Of a DNA stretch of 64,000 nt, positions 19,352 through 29,761 are shown one piece after another (position 1 is the first letter of the stretch; the number at the start of each line of letters is the position of its first letter). The DNA lies in the NCBI GenBank assembly GCA_036158635.1, contig JAYYFR010000006.1:14281-78280 (forward strand). Reading direction: 5' to 3'. The notes beneath the pieces were generated by a model. The model did not search any database, was not told the origin of the DNA, and saw nothing but the letters and a program-made list of their open reading frames with translations. The DNA comes from Bacteroidota bacterium (GTDB lineage Bacteria > Bacteroidota > Bacteroidia > Flavobacteriales > TMED113). A program made the position numbers and the translations under genes.

Positions 19352-20695
19352 CTACATCATTGATTTTCCTTTAATTCTTCCTCCTTTCATTAATCCATCG
19401 TAATGTCTATTTAATAAATAACTTTCAATTTGTTGTAAAGTATCTAAAACAACACCAACCATAATTAAAAGAGAAGTTCCACCATAAAATAAAGCAAATT
19501 GTGGACTCACTCCCAACATTCCAGCAAATGCAGGTAAAATAGCTACAAATGCAAGAAATAGGGAACCAGGTAATACAATCCTGGACATAACAGAGTCTAG
19601 ATACTCTGCAGTCTGTCTTCCAGGCTTAATACCTGGAATAAAGCCACCATTTCTTTTCATATCATCTGCCATTTGAGAAGAGTTTACAGTTACCGCAGTA
19701 TAAAAGTATGTAAACGCAACTACCATCCAGAAATAAATGAAATTATACCAAAATCCAAACATTGAGTCAGGTGAAGCAAAAGTAGTGTACAACCACATAG
19801 AAAAATTACCAGTTGTATTTGGATCTGGAGCTCCACCAAATCCAGAGAATGTCATGGGCAAAAACATCAAAGCTTGAGCAAAAATAATCGGCATTACTCC
19901 AGCAGCATTTACTTTTAAAGGAATATATTGCCTAACACCTCCAAACTGCCTATTACCAACGACTCTTTTAGCAAATTGAACTGGAATTTTTCTAGTACCT
20001 TGAACTAATAAAATAGAAATAAGTATTACAAGAAGTAAAAATAAAACTTCAATCAACATCAAAATTAAAACCCCACCTGTTTCCGCGAGCTTAGTTGTAA
20101 ATTCTTGAACAAATGATAAAGGAAGAGCTGCAATAATACCAATCATAATCAAAAGAGATATACCGTTACCAATTCCTCTCTCAGTTATTCTTTCTCCAAT
20201 CCACATTGCAAACAAAGTACCAGTGATTAAAACAATGTATGAAGTCCACCAAGCTGAAGAGGTCATTTGAATCCCATAAGCCGACAATGCTGTTAAATAA
20301 CCAGGAGCTTGCACTGCACATATTGCAATGGTAAGGTACCTAGTAAGTTGATTGATTGTATTTCTTCCACTTTCTCCTTCCTTTTGTAATTTTTGGATAT
20401 ATGGCAAACCTATACCTAAAAGTTGAATTACAATTGAAGCAGATATATATGGCATTATTCCCAAAGCCATAATTGAAGATTGTGAGAAAGCTCCACCAGT
20501 AAATAAATCAAGAATACCTAAAAGACCTTCTTGACTTTGCTCAGTAAAATTTTGTAATGCTTCTCTGTTTACCCCAGGAAGTGTAACAAAAGCACAAATA
20601 CGGTAAATTAAAACAAAACCAAGCGTAACATAAATTCTTGATTTAAGCTCTTCTATTTTAAAGATATTTTTTAATGTTTGTAATAGCCCCTTCAT
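19352..20695 (-). CDS. secY: Preprotein translocase SecY
   Basis: SIMALGIMPYISASI, GIGNGISL, AGVMPIIFA, IPGIKPG, GGTSLLI. Confidence 0.99.
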   Translation of the reverse strand: MKGLLQTLKNIFKIEELKSRIYVTLGFVLIYRICAFVTLPGVNREALQNFTEQSQEGLLGILDLFTGGAFSQSSIMALGIMPYISASIVIQLLGIGLPYIQKLQKEGESGRNTINQLTRYLTIAICAVQAPGYLTALSAYGIQMTSSAWWTSYIVLITGTLFAMWIGERITERGIGNGISLLIMIGIIAALPLSFVQEFTTKLAETGGVLILMLIEVLFLLLVILISILLVQGTRKIPVQFAKRVVGNRQFGGVRQYIPLKVNAAGVMPIIFAQALMFLPMTFSGFGGAPDPNTTGNFSMWLYTTFASPDSMFGFWYNFIYFWMVVAFTYFYTAVTVNSSQMADDMKRNGGFIPGIKPGRQTAEYLDSVMSRIVLPGSLFLAFVAILPAFAGMLGVSPQFALFYGGTSLLIMVGVVLDTLQQIESYLLNRHYDGLMKGGRIKGKSMM

Positions 20696-21147
20696 TAATC
20701 AGAAATTAAATTAGTTTTACCACCACTTTCCTCAATTAACTTGATAGAGGATTTTGAAAATTGATGAGCAAAGATTTCTAATTTAGAATTGAAATCTCCT
20801 TTACATAAAATCTTTACCTTTTCGTCTTTCTTTATTAACCCTAATTTGATCATTAGTTTTAAATCTAGCTTATCACTTATTTTCTTTTCATCAATCAATT
20901 TTTGAATTCTACCAAGATTTAACGGGGAAAATACTTTTTTATTTGGACTAAAAAAACCAAATTTTGGCACACGTCTTTGAAGCGGCATTTGACCACCCTC
21001 AAAACCTATTTTTTTAGAATAACCTGAACGAGATTTTTGTCCTTTATGCCCCCTTCCTGCAGTAGAACCACCAGAAGCCTGACCTCTTGCTATTCTTTTT
21101 CTATTTCTTACCGAACCTGAACTAGGTTTTAAATTTGATAAATTCAT
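20695..21147 (-). CDS. rplO: 50S ribosomal protein L15
   Basis: GRGHKGQKSRSG, GFEGGQMPL. Confidence 0.98.
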   Translation of the reverse strand: MNLSNLKPSSGSVRNRKRIARGQASGGSTAGRGHKGQKSRSGYSKKIGFEGGQMPLQRRVPKFGFFSPNKKVFSPLNLGRIQKLIDEKKISDKLDLKLMIKLGLIKKDEKVKILCKGDFNSKLEIFAHQFSKSSIKLIEESGGKTNLISD

Positions 21148-21149
21148 AA

Positions 21150-21332
21150 TTATTTTATTTCTTTAGTTTCAACTAGGTGCGAAACTTTTTTAATCATTCC
21201 TATTATTTGAGGAGTAGCCTCAACTTCTACTGTTTTATTAATTTTATTTAAACCTAAAGCAATCAAGGTTCTTTTTTGATTTTCAGGTCTTCCAATTTTA
21301 CTTCTAAGCTGTTTTATCTTTATTTTTGCCAT
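21150..21332 (-). CDS. rpmD: 50S ribosomal protein L30
   Basis: MAKIKIKQLRSKIG, LGLNKI, GMIKKVSHLV; start at ATG 21332. Confidence 0.96.
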   Translation of the reverse strand: MAKIKIKQLRSKIGRPENQKRTLIALGLNKINKTVEVEATPQIIGMIKKVSHLVETKEIK

Positions 21333-21336
21333 CTTT

Positions 21337-21861
21337 TTATCCATTAAATACTTTTTCTAAACTTATTCCTCTGACTGCTGCAATTTTACTAGCACTTCTT
21401 AAACTAATAAGAGCTTGAAAAGTAGCTTTAACAACATTATGAGGATTTGAAGATCCTTTAGACTTTGATAAAATATCTTTAATACCTACACAATCCATAA
21501 TAGCTCTCATTGCACCACCAGCAATAACACCTGTACCACTAGAAGCAGGTCTCATAAAAACAGTAGCTCCACCAAACTTACCGTTTTGCTCATGGGGGAT
21601 AGTTCCGTTAATAATAGGAATTCTCATTAAATTTTTCTTTGCATTTTCTAAACCTTTTGCAATTGCAGATGTTACTTCACCTGCCTTTCCTAATCCATAA
21701 CCAACTACACCATTTTTATCACCAACTACAACAATTGCAGAAAAGGTAAAAGTTCTTCCTCCTTTGGTTACTTTTGTTACTCTTTGAATACCGACAACTT
21801 TTTCTTCTAGCTCTAAACCACTCGGTCTTACATACTCTATAATATCTTTATATTTTTTCAT
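21337..21861 (-). CDS. rpsE: 30S ribosomal protein S5
   Basis: [30 protein letters not shown]. Confidence 0.99.
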   Translation of the reverse strand: MKKYKDIIEYVRPSGLELEEKVVGIQRVTKVTKGGRTFTFSAIVVVGDKNGVVGYGLGKAGEVTSAIAKGLENAKKNLMRIPIINGTIPHEQNGKFGGATVFMRPASSGTGVIAGGAMRAIMDCVGIKDILSKSKGSSNPHNVVKATFQALISLRSASKIAAVRGISLEKVFNG

Positions 21862-21871
21862 AAAAGTTTAA

Positions 21872-22225
21872 TTAAAATTTTAATCCTTCCTTTCTAGCAC
21901 TCTCAGCTAATGATTTAACTCTACCATGATATAAATAACCATTTCTATCAAAACAACATTCCTTTATCCCTTTAGATAAAGCTAATTTTGCTATATTTTT
22001 TCCAACCTCTTCTGATTGTTTAACCTTATTTCCATTGTTTTTAAAAGATTTTGTAAGAGAAGATGTAGAACAAATTGTTTCACTAGTCTCATCATTAACA
22101 ATGGACGCGTAAATTTCTTTATTACTTCTAAACACAGTTAATCTTGGCACTTTACTTGTTCCAAAAACAACCTTTCTTATTCTATTTTTTATCCTAAGCC
22201 TTCTGTCTTTTTTTGTTAATTTCAT
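21872..22225 (-). CDS. rplR: 50S ribosomal protein L18
   Basis: PRLTVFRSN, FDRNGYLYHGRV; start at ATG 22225. Confidence 0.98.
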   Translation of the reverse strand: MKLTKKDRRLRIKNRIRKVVFGTSKVPRLTVFRSNKEIYASIVNDETSETICSTSSLTKSFKNNGNKVKQSEEVGKNIAKLALSKGIKECCFDRNGYLYHGRVKSLAESARKEGLKF

Positions 22226-22235
22226 AAATATATTT

Positions 22236-22784
22236 TTATGCTGTTGTTTTTCCTGCTTTTCTTCTAACTTTTTCTCCAACAAACCTGATTCCTTTTCCTT
22301 TATAAGGGTCGTGCTTTCTAAAAGATCTTATCTTAGCACAAACCTGACCCAATAACTGTTTGTCATAAGACTTTAATATTATTTTTGGATTAGAACCCTT
22401 CACAGTCTCTGTTTCTACCTTAACTTCTGGACAAACTTCAAAAACAATATTGTGAGAATAACCTAAGGAAATGTCTAATTTTTGACCTTGATTAGAAGCT
22501 CTAAAACCAACACCATGTAGTTCAAGTTCTTTAGTATAACCTTTTGAAAGTCCCTCTATCATATTAAAAACAAGAGACCTATATAATCCGTGTTTTGATT
22601 TAATTTCTTTATCATCAGAACTTCTTTTAACTTCAATAATTGAATCTTTTACAATAAAATCAAAATCTAAACCTACATTTAAAGACATTGATTTCCCATT
22701 GCATGAAACAGTAACAACACCTTCTTCAAACAAAAAGTTTACATTTTCAGGGAGCTCTATAATTTTTTTTCCAATTCTTGACAT
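22236..22784 (-). CDS. rplF: 50S ribosomal protein L6
   Basis: MSRIGK, LGYSH, PYKGKGIR, RRKAGK. Confidence 0.98.
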   Translation of the reverse strand: MSRIGKKIIELPENVNFLFEEGVVTVSCNGKSMSLNVGLDFDFIVKDSIIEVKRSSDDKEIKSKHGLYRSLVFNMIEGLSKGYTKELELHGVGFRASNQGQKLDISLGYSHNIVFEVCPEVKVETETVKGSNPKIILKSYDKQLLGQVCAKIRSFRKHDPYKGKGIRFVGEKVRRKAGKTTA

Positions 22785-22795
22785 TTTTTTTTATT

Positions 22796-23194
22796 TTAAT
22801 AGACTAAACATAAAACTTCACCTCCAACATTAGTTTTTCTTGCTTCTTTATCAGTCATAACACCTTTTGATGTAGAAACAATTGCAATTCCAAGACCATT
22901 TAGAACCCTAGGTAAATCGTTTTTACTAGAGTAATTTCTCAACCCAGGTTTACTAACTCTCTTTATTTTTTTAATGGCAGGAATTTTTGTTACCAAATCA
23001 TATTTTAAGGCAATTCTGATAATACCTTGATTTCCATTATCTACAAATTTGTAGTTCAATATATACCCTTGATCTTTTAATATCTTAGTTATATCTTTTT
23101 TTATGTTTGAACTAGGTACATCAACAACCTTATGCTTTGCCATGTAAGCATTTCTGATTTTTGTTAAATAATTTCCTATTGAATCTGTTATCAT
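22796..23194 (-). CDS. rpsH: 30S ribosomal protein S8
   Basis: LTKIRNA, SKPGLR, GLGIAIVSTSKG, GGEVLC. Confidence 0.99.
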   Translation of the reverse strand: MITDSIGNYLTKIRNAYMAKHKVVDVPSSNIKKDITKILKDQGYILNYKFVDNGNQGIIRIALKYDLVTKIPAIKKIKRVSKPGLRNYSSKNDLPRVLNGLGIAIVSTSKGVMTDKEARKTNVGGEVLCLVY

Positions 23195-23206
23195 ATTAAT
23201 TAAATT

Positions 23207-23476
23207 TTACCAACTTGATTTTTTTACTCCAGGTATTAAGCCTGCATTAGCCATTTTTCTGAACAAAACTCTAGAAATTCCAAATGTTCGCATATATCCT
23301 TTAGGTCGTCCTGTAATTTTACATCTGTTGTGTAATCGGACAGGAGAAGCATTCTTTGGAATGCTTTGGAGACCTTCATAATCACCAGCTTCCTTAAGCG
23401 CCTTTCTTTTAGCAGCATATTTAGCTACCAATCTTTGACGTTTTACTTCTCTTGCTTTCATTGATTCTTTTGCCAT
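23207..23476 (-). CDS. rpsN: 30S ribosomal protein S14 (zinc-free, 89 aa)
   Basis: [28 protein letters not shown]; single Cys. Confidence 0.98.
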   Translation of the reverse strand: MAKESMKAREVKRQRLVAKYAAKRKALKEAGDYEGLQSIPKNASPVRLHNRCKITGRPKGYMRTFGISRVLFRKMANAGLIPGVKKSSW

Positions 23477-23483
23477 AATCTAT

Positions 23484-24029
23484 TTACTTTTTTTTGAATG
23501 GTAAACCAAAACTTTCAAGTAAACTTCGTGCATCTTGGTCAGACTTAGCCGAAGTAACAAAAGTAATATCCATTCCAGTTATTTTTTTAACTTCATCTAC
23601 TTTAATTTCAGGAAAAATTATCTGTTCTTTTATTCCTACAGTGTAATTTCCTCTTCCATCAAATCCTTTGGGATTGATCCCCTGAAAATCTCTTATTCCA
23701 GGCATAGATATGGAGATTAATCTATCCAAGAATTCATACATCCTATTTCTTCTTAAGGTAACTTTAACTCCAATTGGCATACCTTTTCTTAATTTAAAAT
23801 TTGCAATATCTTTTTTTGATTTTGTAATAATTGATTTTTGACCTGCAATTTTTGTCATTTCAAGATTAGCTTGTTCAATCATTTTTTTATCAGAGACAGC
23901 AGAACCGATACCCTGACTTAAACAAATTTTCTGTATTTTAGGTACTTCCATAACGTTATCAAAATCTAAATCTTTCAATAATTTTGGAAGAATTTCCTTT
24001 TCATATTTTACTTTTAATCTTGGTTTCAT
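23484..24029 (-). CDS. rplE: 50S ribosomal protein L5
   Basis: [25 protein letters not shown]. Confidence 0.99.
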   Translation of the reverse strand: MKPRLKVKYEKEILPKLLKDLDFDNVMEVPKIQKICLSQGIGSAVSDKKMIEQANLEMTKIAGQKSIITKSKKDIANFKLRKGMPIGVKVTLRRNRMYEFLDRLISISMPGIRDFQGINPKGFDGRGNYTVGIKEQIIFPEIKVDEVKKITGMDITFVTSAKSDQDARSLLESFGLPFKKK

Positions 24030-24036
24030 TTTATTT

Positions 24037-24357
24037 TTATTTTACTAAATCTCCTGTAGTTTTAAAATATCTTTCTTTTTTTCCTGTTTTCTTATTAATT
24101 CTTTTTCCAATTCTAGATGGTTTTCCTTTAGAATCAACTAACAATAAATTAGAAATATCAATACCTGCTTCTTTTTTAAGGACACCACCTTTAGGGTTAT
24201 CTTGATTAGGTTTAGTATGTTTAGAGACTAAGTTAACACCTTCAACAATTGCAATATATTTCATTTTATTAATTGAAATAATTCTACCCTTTTTTCCCTT
24301 ATCACGACCAGTCATGATTTGAACATTATCGCCTTTTTTTAAATATGTCTTTTTCAT
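24037..24357 (-). CDS. rplX: 50S ribosomal protein L24
   Basis: [19 protein letters not shown] motif, VEGVN. Confidence 0.98.
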   Translation of the reverse strand: MKKTYLKKGDNVQIMTGRDKGKKGRIISINKMKYIAIVEGVNLVSKHTKPNQDNPKGGVLKKEAGIDISNLLLVDSKGKPSRIGKRINKKTGKKERYFKTTGDLVK

Positions 24358-24366
24358 TTTTCTTTA

Positions 24367-24735
24367 TTATAAAACTTCAGGTGCTAATGAAATTATTTTC
24401 ATATATTTTTTTTCTCTTAACTCTCTAGCAACAGGTCCAAAAACTCTAGTGCCTTTCATTTCATTATTTGTATCTAATAAAACACATGCATTATCATCAA
24501 ACCTGATATAAGAACCATCTTTTCTTCTAACTTCTTTCTTTGCCCTCACTACTACTGCTGTACTTACTTGACCTTTTTTTACAGTCCCGTTGGGAGTAGC
24601 TGATTTTACAGTAACAACTATCTTGTCTCCTAATGAAGCATATCTTCGTTTTGTGCCACCTAAAACACGAATACATAAAACTTCTTTAGCCCCAGTGTTA
24701 TCTGCAATATTTAATCTTGATTCTTGTTGTAACAT
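24367..24735 (-). CDS. rplN: 50S ribosomal protein L14
   Basis: [32 protein letters not shown]. Confidence 0.99.
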   Translation of the reverse strand: MLQQESRLNIADNTGAKEVLCIRVLGGTKRRYASLGDKIVVTVKSATPNGTVKKGQVSTAVVVRAKKEVRRKDGSYIRFDDNACVLLDTNNEMKGTRVFGPVARELREKKYMKIISLAPEVL

Positions 24736-24737
24736 GG

Positions 24738-25001
24738 TTATTTAGCTTTTTCTATAATTTTAATTAATCTCCAACACTTATTTTTACTTATAGGTCTTGT
24801 TTCCATGATTGATATTCTATCTCCAATATTACACTCATTGTTTTCATCATGAACAAAAAACTTAGTTGTTTTTTTTATAAACTTCCCATAGATCCTATGC
24901 TTGATTCTTCTTTCCACAGAAACAACTAATGACTTATCCATAGAATTACTTGTAACAATACCTATTCTTTCCTTTCTAAAATTTCTTTTTTTTAACTCCA
25001 T
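24738..25001 (-). CDS. rpsQ: 30S ribosomal protein S17
   Basis: MDKSLVV, HDENN, ETRPISK..W. Confidence 0.98.
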   Translation of the reverse strand: MELKKRNFRKERIGIVTSNSMDKSLVVSVERRIKHRIYGKFIKKTTKFFVHDENNECNIGDRISIMETRPISKNKCWRLIKIIEKAK

Positions 25002-25002
25002 T

Positions 25003-25197
25003 TTAAATACTTATATCTCTATTTTTTAATTCTGTAATCATTCGAGCAATACTCCTTCTAGTAAATTTGATTTGAGAGGGATTTTCAATTTGCGATACAG
25101 AGTGCTGTAAACACATTTTTTCATACTCAGAACGTGTATCAGTTAACTTTTTTTGTAACTCTTCGTTTGTCATTTCTTTATAAATCTTATTACTCAT
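25003..25197 (-). CDS. rpmC: 50S ribosomal protein L29
   Basis: [16 protein letters not shown]; position between rplP and rpsQ. Confidence 0.93.
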   Translation of the reverse strand: MSNKIYKEMTNEELQKKLTDTRSEYEKMCLQHSVSQIENPSQIKFTRRSIARMITELKNRDISI

Positions 25198-25210
25198 AAT
25201 CAAATAAATT

Positions 25211-25633
25211 TTAATTTTTTACGTAATCTCTCCTGATAACAAATTTTGTTTTTATAGGAAGCTTCTGAGAAGCAAGCCTTAATGCTTCTTGAGCAACTTC
25301 AAATGAAACACCATCTATTTCAAACATAACCCTACCTGGTTTTACTACAGCTACAAAATGCTCAGGAGCACCTTTTCCTTTACCCATCCTAACTTCAGCT
25401 GGTTTCTTAGTAATGGGCTTATCAGGAAAAATTCTAATCCATAATTGCCCCTCTCTCTTCATATATCTAGTTGCTGCAATACGAGCAGCTTCAATTTGTC
25501 TAGATGTCATCCAACATTCTTCTAATGCTTTAATCCCAAAGGAACCAAAGTCTAAATTACTTCCCCTGTGAGCAAGACCTTTCATTCTTCCCTTTTGCAT
25601 TTTTCTAAATTTTGTTCTTTTAGGTTGTAACAT
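25211..25633 (-). CDS. rplP: 50S ribosomal protein L16
   Basis: [27 protein letters not shown]. Confidence 0.99.
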   Translation of the reverse strand: MLQPKRTKFRKMQKGRMKGLAHRGSNLDFGSFGIKALEECWMTSRQIEAARIAATRYMKREGQLWIRIFPDKPITKKPAEVRMGKGKGAPEHFVAVVKPGRVMFEIDGVSFEVAQEALRLASQKLPIKTKFVIRRDYVKN

Positions 25634-25639
25634 ATTATT

Positions 25640-26326
25640 TTACTTTTTTCTATTATTCTTTTTTCTTCCAAGATTTAGAGTTTCAATAGGTGTCAAATCT
25701 CTTTTCCCATAAACCTCTCCCTTAAATATCCAAACTTTAACTCCAATTATTCCATAGGTTGTTAGAGCCTCTTCACAAGCATAATCAATATCAGCTCTAA
25801 AAGTATGGAGTGGTATTCTACCCTCTTTCCAACTTTCAGTCCTCGCCATTTCAACTCCATTAAGTCTTCCAGCAACTTGAATTTTAATACCTAAAGCTCC
25901 CATTCTAACTGACGATGAAATGGCCATCTTAACGGCTTTTCTGTAGTTAATTCTACCCTCAATTTGACGTGCAACATTCATTGCCACTAAATATGCATCT
26001 AATTCCTGTCTTTTAATTTCAAAGATGTTTAACTGAATATCTTTTTTTGTTAACTTTTTTAATTCTTCCTTTAATTTATCTACCTCTTGACCTCCTTTTC
26101 CAATAATTATACCAGGACGAGCAGTACTAATTGTAATAGTTACTGACTTTAATCGCTCAATTACAATTTTTGATACACTAGCTTTTGAAAGCCTTGCTCT
26201 GATGTATTTTCTAATTTTATAATCTTCTGAAAGTCTATCACCAAAATCATAACCCCCGTACCATACTGAGTCCCAGCCCCTAATAAAGCCTAATCTATTT
26301 CCTATTGGATTTGTCTTTTGTCCCAT
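25640..26326 (-). CDS. rpsC: 30S ribosomal protein S3
   Basis: [34 protein letters not shown]. Confidence 0.99.
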   Translation of the reverse strand: MGQKTNPIGNRLGFIRGWDSVWYGGYDFGDRLSEDYKIRKYIRARLSKASVSKIVIERLKSVTITISTARPGIIIGKGGQEVDKLKEELKKLTKKDIQLNIFEIKRQELDAYLVAMNVARQIEGRINYRKAVKMAISSSVRMGALGIKIQVAGRLNGVEMARTESWKEGRIPLHTFRADIDYACEEALTTYGIIGVKVWIFKGEVYGKRDLTPIETLNLGRKKNNRKK

Positions 26327-26332
26327 ATTTTT

Positions 26333-26749
26333 TTAATTTATTTTAACTTCTTTTTGTTCAACTTCATCAATTATCATTGTAACATGATTTGATCTCTTTC
26401 TTATCCTATGTGCTCTTCCTTGGGGAGCGGGTTGGATTCGCTTTAACATTCTAGCTGAATCAACAAAAATTTCTTTTACAATAAGATCAGTATTTTCAAT
26501 ATTTTTTTCTTTATTTTTTTCTTTCCAATTTGCCATACAAGACAATAAAAGTTTGTACATTCTTTTAGAGACTTCCTTTGAATCTGTTTTTAAAATATTT
26601 AAAGCAATATTTACGTCTATACCTCTAATTTGATCAGCAACTAATCTCATTTTTCTAGGAGAAGTTGGACACTTCATAAGCTTTGCAAAAGCTAACTTTT
26701 TATTAGCTTCTTTAATTAACTGTGCTTTATTTTTTTTTCTAACTCCCAT
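26333..26749 (-). CDS. rplV: 50S ribosomal protein L22
   Basis: SPRKMRLVAD, PAPQGRAHRIRKRSNH. Confidence 0.98.
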   Translation of the reverse strand: MGVRKKNKAQLIKEANKKLAFAKLMKCPTSPRKMRLVADQIRGIDVNIALNILKTDSKEVSKRMYKLLLSCMANWKEKNKEKNIENTDLIVKEIFVDSARMLKRIQPAPQGRAHRIRKRSNHVTMIIDEVEQKEVKIN

Positions 26750-26762
26750 TTTATTTTATCTT

Positions 26763-27032
26763 TTATCTCTTTTTATTACCAGAATGACCTCTAAAATTTC
26801 TTGTCGGAGAAAATTCTCCTAACTTATGACCAACCATATTTTCTGTAATAAAAACAGGAATAAATTGCTTTCCATTATGAACGGCAATAGTTTGACCTAC
26901 AAAATCTGGAATAATCATTGAAGCTCTACTCCATGTTTTAATAACAGTCTTTTTATTTGACTCAGTTGCAACAGCAACTTTTTTTGCCAATTTAACGCTC
27001 ACAAATGGTCCTTTTTTTAAAGATCTTGCCAT
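26763..27032 (-). CDS. rpsS: 30S ribosomal protein S19
   Basis: [23 protein letters not shown]. Confidence 0.99.
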   Translation of the reverse strand: MARSLKKGPFVSVKLAKKVAVATESNKKTVIKTWSRASMIIPDFVGQTIAVHNGKQFIPVFITENMVGHKLGEFSPTRNFRGHSGNKKR

Positions 27033-27035
27033 AGT

Positions 27036-27857
27036 TTATTTTTTTCTTCGTTCAATTATAAATTTATTTGATGCCTTTTTCTTTTTTCTAGTTTTGAATC
27101 CCTTCGCTGGAACTCCAGTTCTAGACCTGGGATGACCACCAGAAGACTTTCCTTCTCCACCACCCATAGGATGATCCACTGGGTTCATTGCAACACCTCT
27201 AGTTCTTGGCCTTCTTCCTAACCATCTACTTCTTCCTGCCTTTCCTGACTTTTGCAAGTTATTTTCTGAGTTAGATAAAGAACCAATTGTGGCTAAACAA
27301 GTTGATAAAACCATTCTAATTTCACCACTTGGTAATTTTAAAGTGACATATTTTCCTTCTCTAGCAACTAAAGTCGCGAATGAACCTGCACTTCTTGCAA
27401 ATTCACCTCCTTTTCCAGGTGTTAACTCTACATTATGAACAGCTGTTCCTAATGGAATATCAGACAGATATAGTGCGTTTCCAACATCAGGGGATGATTT
27501 TTTACCAGATGAAATTGTATCACCTACTTTCAGATCTTTTGGACATAAAATATAACTTTTTTCACCGTCAGCATAATAAACTAGAGCTATTCTTGCACTT
27601 CTGTTAGGGTCATATTCGATGGTCTTTACAATTGCCGGAATATCAGTTTTTTGTCTTTTGAAATCAATGATTCTATATTTTTTCTTGTGACCACCACCAA
27701 TGTATCTCATTGTCATCTTTCCGTCTTTATTTCTACCACCGCTCCTTTTATTTACAGCTAACAAACTTTTTTCGGGTCTCGAAGCAGTAACATCAATTGA
27801 TGTTACAACTTTAAAACGTTGCCCAGGAGTTGTTGGATTTAATTTTCTAGTTGCCAT
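27036..27857 (-). CDS. rplB: 50S ribosomal protein L2
   Basis: [29 protein letters not shown]. Confidence 0.99.
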   Translation of the reverse strand: MATRKLNPTTPGQRFKVVTSIDVTASRPEKSLLAVNKRSGGRNKDGKMTMRYIGGGHKKKYRIIDFKRQKTDIPAIVKTIEYDPNRSARIALVYYADGEKSYILCPKDLKVGDTISSGKKSSPDVGNALYLSDIPLGTAVHNVELTPGKGGEFARSAGSFATLVAREGKYVTLKLPSGEIRMVLSTCLATIGSLSNSENNLQKSGKAGRSRWLGRRPRTRGVAMNPVDHPMGGGEGKSSGGHPRSRTGVPAKGFKTRKKKKASNKFIIERRKK

Positions 27858-27858
27858 T

Positions 27859-28146
27859 TTAATTATTGTAAAAATCTATATTATTATCTTTTTCTAATCT
27901 AACTATCGCCTTTTTAAACGAATTCGTCTTTCCCTTAATTACACCAGTTTTAGTGAATCTACTTTTTTCTTTACCCCTATATATCATTGTTCTAACAGAT
28001 TTGACTTTTACATTGTAGTTAGTTTCAACTGCTCTTTTTATCTCTATCTTATTAACCTTTTTATTGACCACAAATCCATAATCGTTTAAGGACTCAGTCT
28101 TTTGAGTCATCTTTTCTGTTACTATAGGCCTTATAATTACTTTCAT
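27859..28146 (-). CDS. rplW: 50S ribosomal protein L23
   Basis: [21 protein letters not shown]. Confidence 0.97.
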   Translation of the reverse strand: MKVIIRPIVTEKMTQKTESLNDYGFVVNKKVNKIEIKRAVETNYNVKVKSVRTMIYRGKEKSRFTKTGVIKGKTNSFKKAIVRLEKDNNIDFYNN

Positions 28147-28151
28147 TTTAT

Positions 28152-28778
28152 TTATTTTAATAAATTTTCTATGTTTTTTATAGCAGCTTCAGTTATAACT
28201 ATTTTACTAGCGTTCATCAAAGAGAATATGTCTAATTCATGAGAGTTAATTACACTAACTTTTTGGACATTTCTGGAAGAAAGAAGTAAATTATCATTCT
28301 TTTTTTCAGAAATCAGTAAGGATTTACTCATATTAATACCTAAATCAGAGAGCATTTTTATACATCTTTTAGAATTTGGCTTTTCAAAAAGAAAGTCTTC
28401 TAAAATTAAAATACTTTTGTCTTTAAATTTTGAGCTTAAAACAGTTTTTTTAGCTAATTTTTTTACCTTTTTATTTAATTTAAAAGAGTAATCTCTTGGC
28501 AAGGGGCCAAAAGTTCTACCACCTCCTCTAAATAAAGGTGACTTAATGCTTCCTGCTCTCGCCGTACCTGTTCCTTTTTGTTTTTTTATCTTTCTAGTAC
28601 TTCCAATAATCTCAGATCTTGGTTTAGCCTTATGAGTACCCTGTCTATTGTTAGCCATATATTGTTTTACAGCTAGGTAAACAACATGATCATTAGGATC
28701 TGATTTAAAGACTTTATCACTTACAGATATTTCTCTACCTGTTTCTTTACCTTCAATATTTAAAACTTTTAACTTCAT
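28152..28778 (-). CDS. rplD: 50S ribosomal protein L4
   Basis: RQGTHKAK, QKGTGTARAG, GGGRTFGP. Confidence 0.99.
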   Translation of the reverse strand: MKLKVLNIEGKETGREISVSDKVFKSDPNDHVVYLAVKQYMANNRQGTHKAKPRSEIIGSTRKIKKQKGTGTARAGSIKSPLFRGGGRTFGPLPRDYSFKLNKKVKKLAKKTVLSSKFKDKSILILEDFLFEKPNSKRCIKMLSDLGINMSKSLLISEKKNDNLLLSSRNVQKVSVINSHELDIFSLMNASKIVITEAAIKNIENLLK

Positions 28779-28784
28779 AATTAA

Positions 28785-29441
28785 CTATTTAGTTATTTCA
28801 ACATAACTATTCTTAGGACCTGGGATAGCACCTCTTATTAATAATATATTTCTATCACCTAGAATTTTCATAATTTTCAAATTCTGATAAGTAACTCTTT
28901 TACCACCCATTCTACCTGCCATTCTCATTCCTTTAAATACTCTGGCAGGATAAGAGGCAGCACCAATTGACCCAGGGGCCCTCATTCTATTATGTTGACC
29001 GTGTGTAGCATCACCAACTCCTCTAAAGCCATGTCTTTTAACTACTCCTTGAAACCCCCTTCCTTTACTTTTTCCACTAACATCAATAAAATCACCTTCG
29101 TTAAATAACTGACTAGCCGTAAGAACATCACCAACTTTAATATCTTTAACTGTTGTATTGCCTTCGTCATCCGATTCAGAAATAGCAAAAGATGGAAACT
29201 CCTTATAAATTTTTTTAGGGCTCGTTTTTGATTTTTTTAAATGACCAATTTCTGATTTAATGGATTTCTTTAAATTTTTATTTTCGAAACCTATTTGAAT
29301 AGATTCATATCCGTCATTTCCCTCTGTTTTTAACTGAGTAACAACACATGGACCTGCTTCTACAATTGTACAAGCTACATTAATACCATTTTCATCAAAA
29401 ATGCTAGTCATTCCTATTTTTTTTCCTATAATTCCAGCCAT
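28785..29441 (-). CDS. rplC: 50S ribosomal protein L3
   Basis: [35 protein letters not shown]. Confidence 0.99.
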   Translation of the reverse strand: MAGIIGKKIGMTSIFDENGINVACTIVEAGPCVVTQLKTEGNDGYESIQIGFENKNLKKSIKSEIGHLKKSKTSPKKIYKEFPSFAISESDDEGNTTVKDIKVGDVLTASQLFNEGDFIDVSGKSKGRGFQGVVKRHGFRGVGDATHGQHNRMRAPGSIGAASYPARVFKGMRMAGRMGGKRVTYQNLKIMKILGDRNILLIRGAIPGPKNSYVEITK

Positions 29442-29445
29442 TTAT

Positions 29446-29757
29446 TTATACTTTTATTTCTACTTCTACTCCACTCGGAAGTTCTAATTTCATAAGTGCA
29501 TCAACAGTTTTGTTGGCATTTGTTGCGCAAAAAATATCTAACAGTCTTTTAAAAGAACTTAACTCAAATTGTTCTCTTGCTTTTTTATTAACATGAGGGG
29601 ACCTTAAAACTGTAAAATGTTTTTTGTGAGTAGGAAGTGGAATTGGCCCACTTACAACTGCACCCGTTGGTTTTACAGTTTTTACAATTTTTTCAGCAGT
29701 TCTATCAACTAAATTGTGATCGTACGATTTTAATTTTATTCTAATTTTTTGACTCAT
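29446..29757 (-). CDS. rpsJ: 30S ribosomal protein S10
   Basis: [30 protein letters not shown]. Confidence 0.99.
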   Translation of the reverse strand: MSQKIRIKLKSYDHNLVDRTAEKIVKTVKPTGAVVSGPIPLPTHKKHFTVLRSPHVNKKAREQFELSSFKRLLDIFCATNANKTVDALMKLELPSGVEVEIKV

Positions 29758-29761
29758 AACT

